From NCBI GenBank assembly GCA_051872335.1, contig JBJEDT010000037.1:151-64150 (forward strand): a DNA stretch of 64,000 nucleotides, given 5' to 3'. This DNA is from Bacilli bacterium. GTDB taxonomy: Bacteria; Bacillota_I; Bacilli_A; RFN20; CAG-826. The notes beneath the pieces were generated by a model. The model had not been told where the DNA came from, did not search any database, and worked only from the letters and a program-made list of their open reading frames with translations. A program made the position numbers and the translations under genes. Position 1 is the stretch's first letter, and each line of letters opens with the position of its first letter. Positions 62,293 through 64,000 of the stretch are shown in pieces.

Positions 62293-62599
62293 TAACATCA
62301 CCCTCCTTTAATAGACTTTTTACTTTAGCAATTAACTTAGGCTCAAAAAGCCCAATGACAGCAACATCATTCATGCCAATCGATTTACCAAGTAAATCTT
62401 TTGTGGCATATATGACGTATTCGGATTGATAAAAATTACATTTATCAATCCATCTTTTTTTAGTATTATCACTTGCATCAATTGCAATAATAATAAATTT
62501 ATGTTTTTTAGTTTTTAATATAGGAAGTACATTATCACCAAATGCGATTTTATTAGCTCGCCGTGCAAGACCTAATAAATTAAGTATACTACTTTGCAT
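62279..62599 (-). CDS. ylxQ: L7Ae-family RNA-binding protein YlxQ
   Basis: [23 protein letters not shown]. Confidence 0.88.
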   Translation of the reverse strand: MQSSILNLLGLARRANKIAFGDNVLPILKTKKHKFIIIAIDASDNTKKRWIDKCNFYQSEYVIYATKDLLGKSIGMNDVAVIGLFEPKLIAKVKSLLKEGDVNGTK

Positions 62600-62852
62600 C
62601 TATAATCCTTTTTATATCATCATAAATTGAATCAGGAATATCAGTTTCTAAAGCTTTTCCTAGAGCGTTTTTCTTTTTAGCTGCTTCTAAAGCTTCATAG
62701 GTCATTTTAATATATGCACCGTGGCCGTTAAACTTACCAGTTGTATCGACAAGTAAATGCCCTTCTTTATCTTTTACAACACGTAAAAGTTCTTTTTTTG
62801 GACAAATTTCATTTGTAGCAACACATCTTCTCATTGGAATTTTTTTTGCCAT
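62589..62852 (-). CDS. ylxR: YlxR/RnpM RNA-binding protein
   Basis: KKIPMRRCV, ELLRVV, GKFNGHGAY. Confidence 0.9.
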   Translation of the reverse strand: MAKKIPMRRCVATNEICPKKELLRVVKDKEGHLLVDTTGKFNGHGAYIKMTYEALEAAKKKNALGKALETDIPDSIYDDIKRIIDAK

Positions 62853-62875
62853 AATCACATACCTCCTTTTAAAAA

Positions 62876-64000
62876 TTAGTCATTATTATAATATGAATCA
62901 TATTCGTCGTAATCGACTTCTTCTTCATATGTATCTTCTTGTGCTTCTTCCTCTTCTAATTGTCTAATTTCTTCTTCAGTATAAATAGACATGTAAGTAG
63001 ATTTATCAACTACTGGTCTATTTTCTTTTTCTTCTTCAACTTCATCTTCTGAAGTATCATTCTTTTTATAATTACGTTTTCTATTAGCATAAGCTTGTTG
63101 TTGATCGCGACGTTTCTTTTCTTCTTCTAATTCTTTTTCTAAATCAGCAAGTTTCTTAGTCTCTTTAACGATAACTTTTTGTTCAACAACAGGTTTTTCC
63201 TCTTTTACAGGAGATGAAACTTCCTCAACATATTCTTCTACATTTTCATTTGCTGGCTCTACAACTTCTTCAACAAATTCTTCTTCTGATTCAGTTTCTT
63301 CAAAAGTTTCCTCTTCAAACGTATCTAATTCTGTTTCATGTTTAATCTTACTTAATTTTTTCATTTCTTCTTCTGCTTTAATTTGTTCAATTGACTTATA
63401 GATAACATTTTCACGTAATGCTTCATCAATTTCTTTAATATCAATGTTCCATCCTGTCAATTTAACAGCTAATCTAGCATTAACACCTTTTTTACCAATT
63501 GCTAAACTTAATTGATCATTTTTAACAACTGCTACAGCTTTCTTTTCTTTTTCATCTAATGCAACACCAACGACAATTGCTGGTCTTAAAGCATCAGCAA
63601 TATATAAAGCTGGATTTTCATTATATTGAACAATATCGATATTTTCTTTTTCTTTATTATTACCTAATTCACTACTAATAGATTGAATACGAGCCCCACT
63701 TACACCAATACAGGTTCCAACAGGATCTATATCTTTATCAGTTGAATAAACAGCAACTTTACTTCTTTCACCTGCTTCACGAGCTATATCCTTAATAATA
63801 ACTTTTCCTTCTTGAATTTCAGAAATAATATTTTCAAATAATCTTTTTAATAAACCTGGCTCTGTACGTGAAACAATAATTTGAGGTCCTTTTGGAGTTG
63901 ATACAACATCAACAACATATAATTTAACAATTTGACCGACCTTAAATGTTTCGTTTTTAATTTTTTGACTACGTGGTAAGCAAACATTTGTACGTCCAAT
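62876..64000 (-). CDS. nusA: Transcription factor NusA (5' end outside window)
   Basis: Frame is open from 64000: GPQIIVSRT, IAREAGERSKVAV, DPVGTCIG, AIGKKGVNARLAVKLTGWNIDI, then an acidic tail. Confidence 0.95.
   Translation of the reverse strand: MGRTNVCLPRSQKIKNETFKVGQIVKLYVVDVVSTPKGPQIIVSRTEPGLLKRLFENIISEIQEGKVIIKDIAREAGERSKVAVYSTDKDIDPVGTCIGVSGARIQSISSELGNNKEKENIDIVQYNENPALYIADALRPAIVVGVALDEKEKKAVAVVKNDQLSLAIGKKGVNARLAVKLTGWNIDIKEIDEALRENVIYKSIEQIKAEEEMKKLSKIKHETELDTFEEETFEETESEEEFVEEVVEPANENVEEYVEEVSSPVKEEKPVVEQKVIVKETKKLADLEKELEEEKKRRDQQQAYANRKRNYKKNDTSEDEVEEEKENRPVVDKSTYMSIYTEEEIRQLEEEEAQEDTYEEEVDYDEYDSYYNND

Noticed and set aside
5324-62429. Short antisense ORFs in the track (5324, 16828, 25043, 25683, 28014, 28067, 33559, 34264, 35437, 40740, 46497, 50918, 51147, 55480, 58789, 59674, 61771, 61931, 62247)
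   Set aside because: They lie opposite well-supported genes, with no recognisable motifs; treated as shadow ORFs
62876-63460. 194-aa acidic ORF as a separate gene
   Set aside because: It is the C-terminal part of nusA; the frame is open to the window edge
1-64000. CRISPR array, tRNA/rRNA genes, transposase/integrase, or TGA-as-Trp recoding
   Set aside because: No regularly spaced repeats, structural RNA genes or recombinase motifs seen by eye; conserved genes end in TGA and use TGG for Trp

Overview
AT-rich, mostly minus-strand chromosomal segment of a genome-reduced member of class Bacilli. It uses the standard code (TGA is stop); gene order and protein style suggest an RF39/RFN20/Erysipelotrichales-like lineage (inference). 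Most of it is housekeeping with Bacillus-like synteny: thrS-infC-rpmI-rplT, ezrA-iscS-thiI, rpsD, tyrS, ccpA, murC, alaS-ruvX-yrzB, mnmA, dtd, rarA, pnp, rpsO, ribF, truB, rbfA, infB, ylxQ/R and a partial nusA. It has three T-boxes and L20/S4/S15 leaders. It also holds a reduced but apparently intact sporulation set (dacF-spoIIAA-spoIIAB-sigF-spoVAC/D/Eb/F, ytfI-gerW, a SASP-like ORF) with Spo0A boxes and sigma-H, sigma-F/G and sigma-K-like promoters. The main accessory region is about 21.1-25.3 kb. There, an integrase-less two-gene cassette (Xre-HTH fused to an ADP-ribosyltransferase-like DUF3990 domain, plus a partner fused to a pyrophosphatase-like domain) sits between two copies of the murC 5' end, next to an HTH/vWA pair. 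Other oddities are a TtcA-GNAT fusion, a lone dapA behind a sigma-K-like promoter, and no reoM at the alaS locus. No tRNA, rRNA, CRISPR array or transposase was seen. All family calls are from motif recognition by eye, not database searches.
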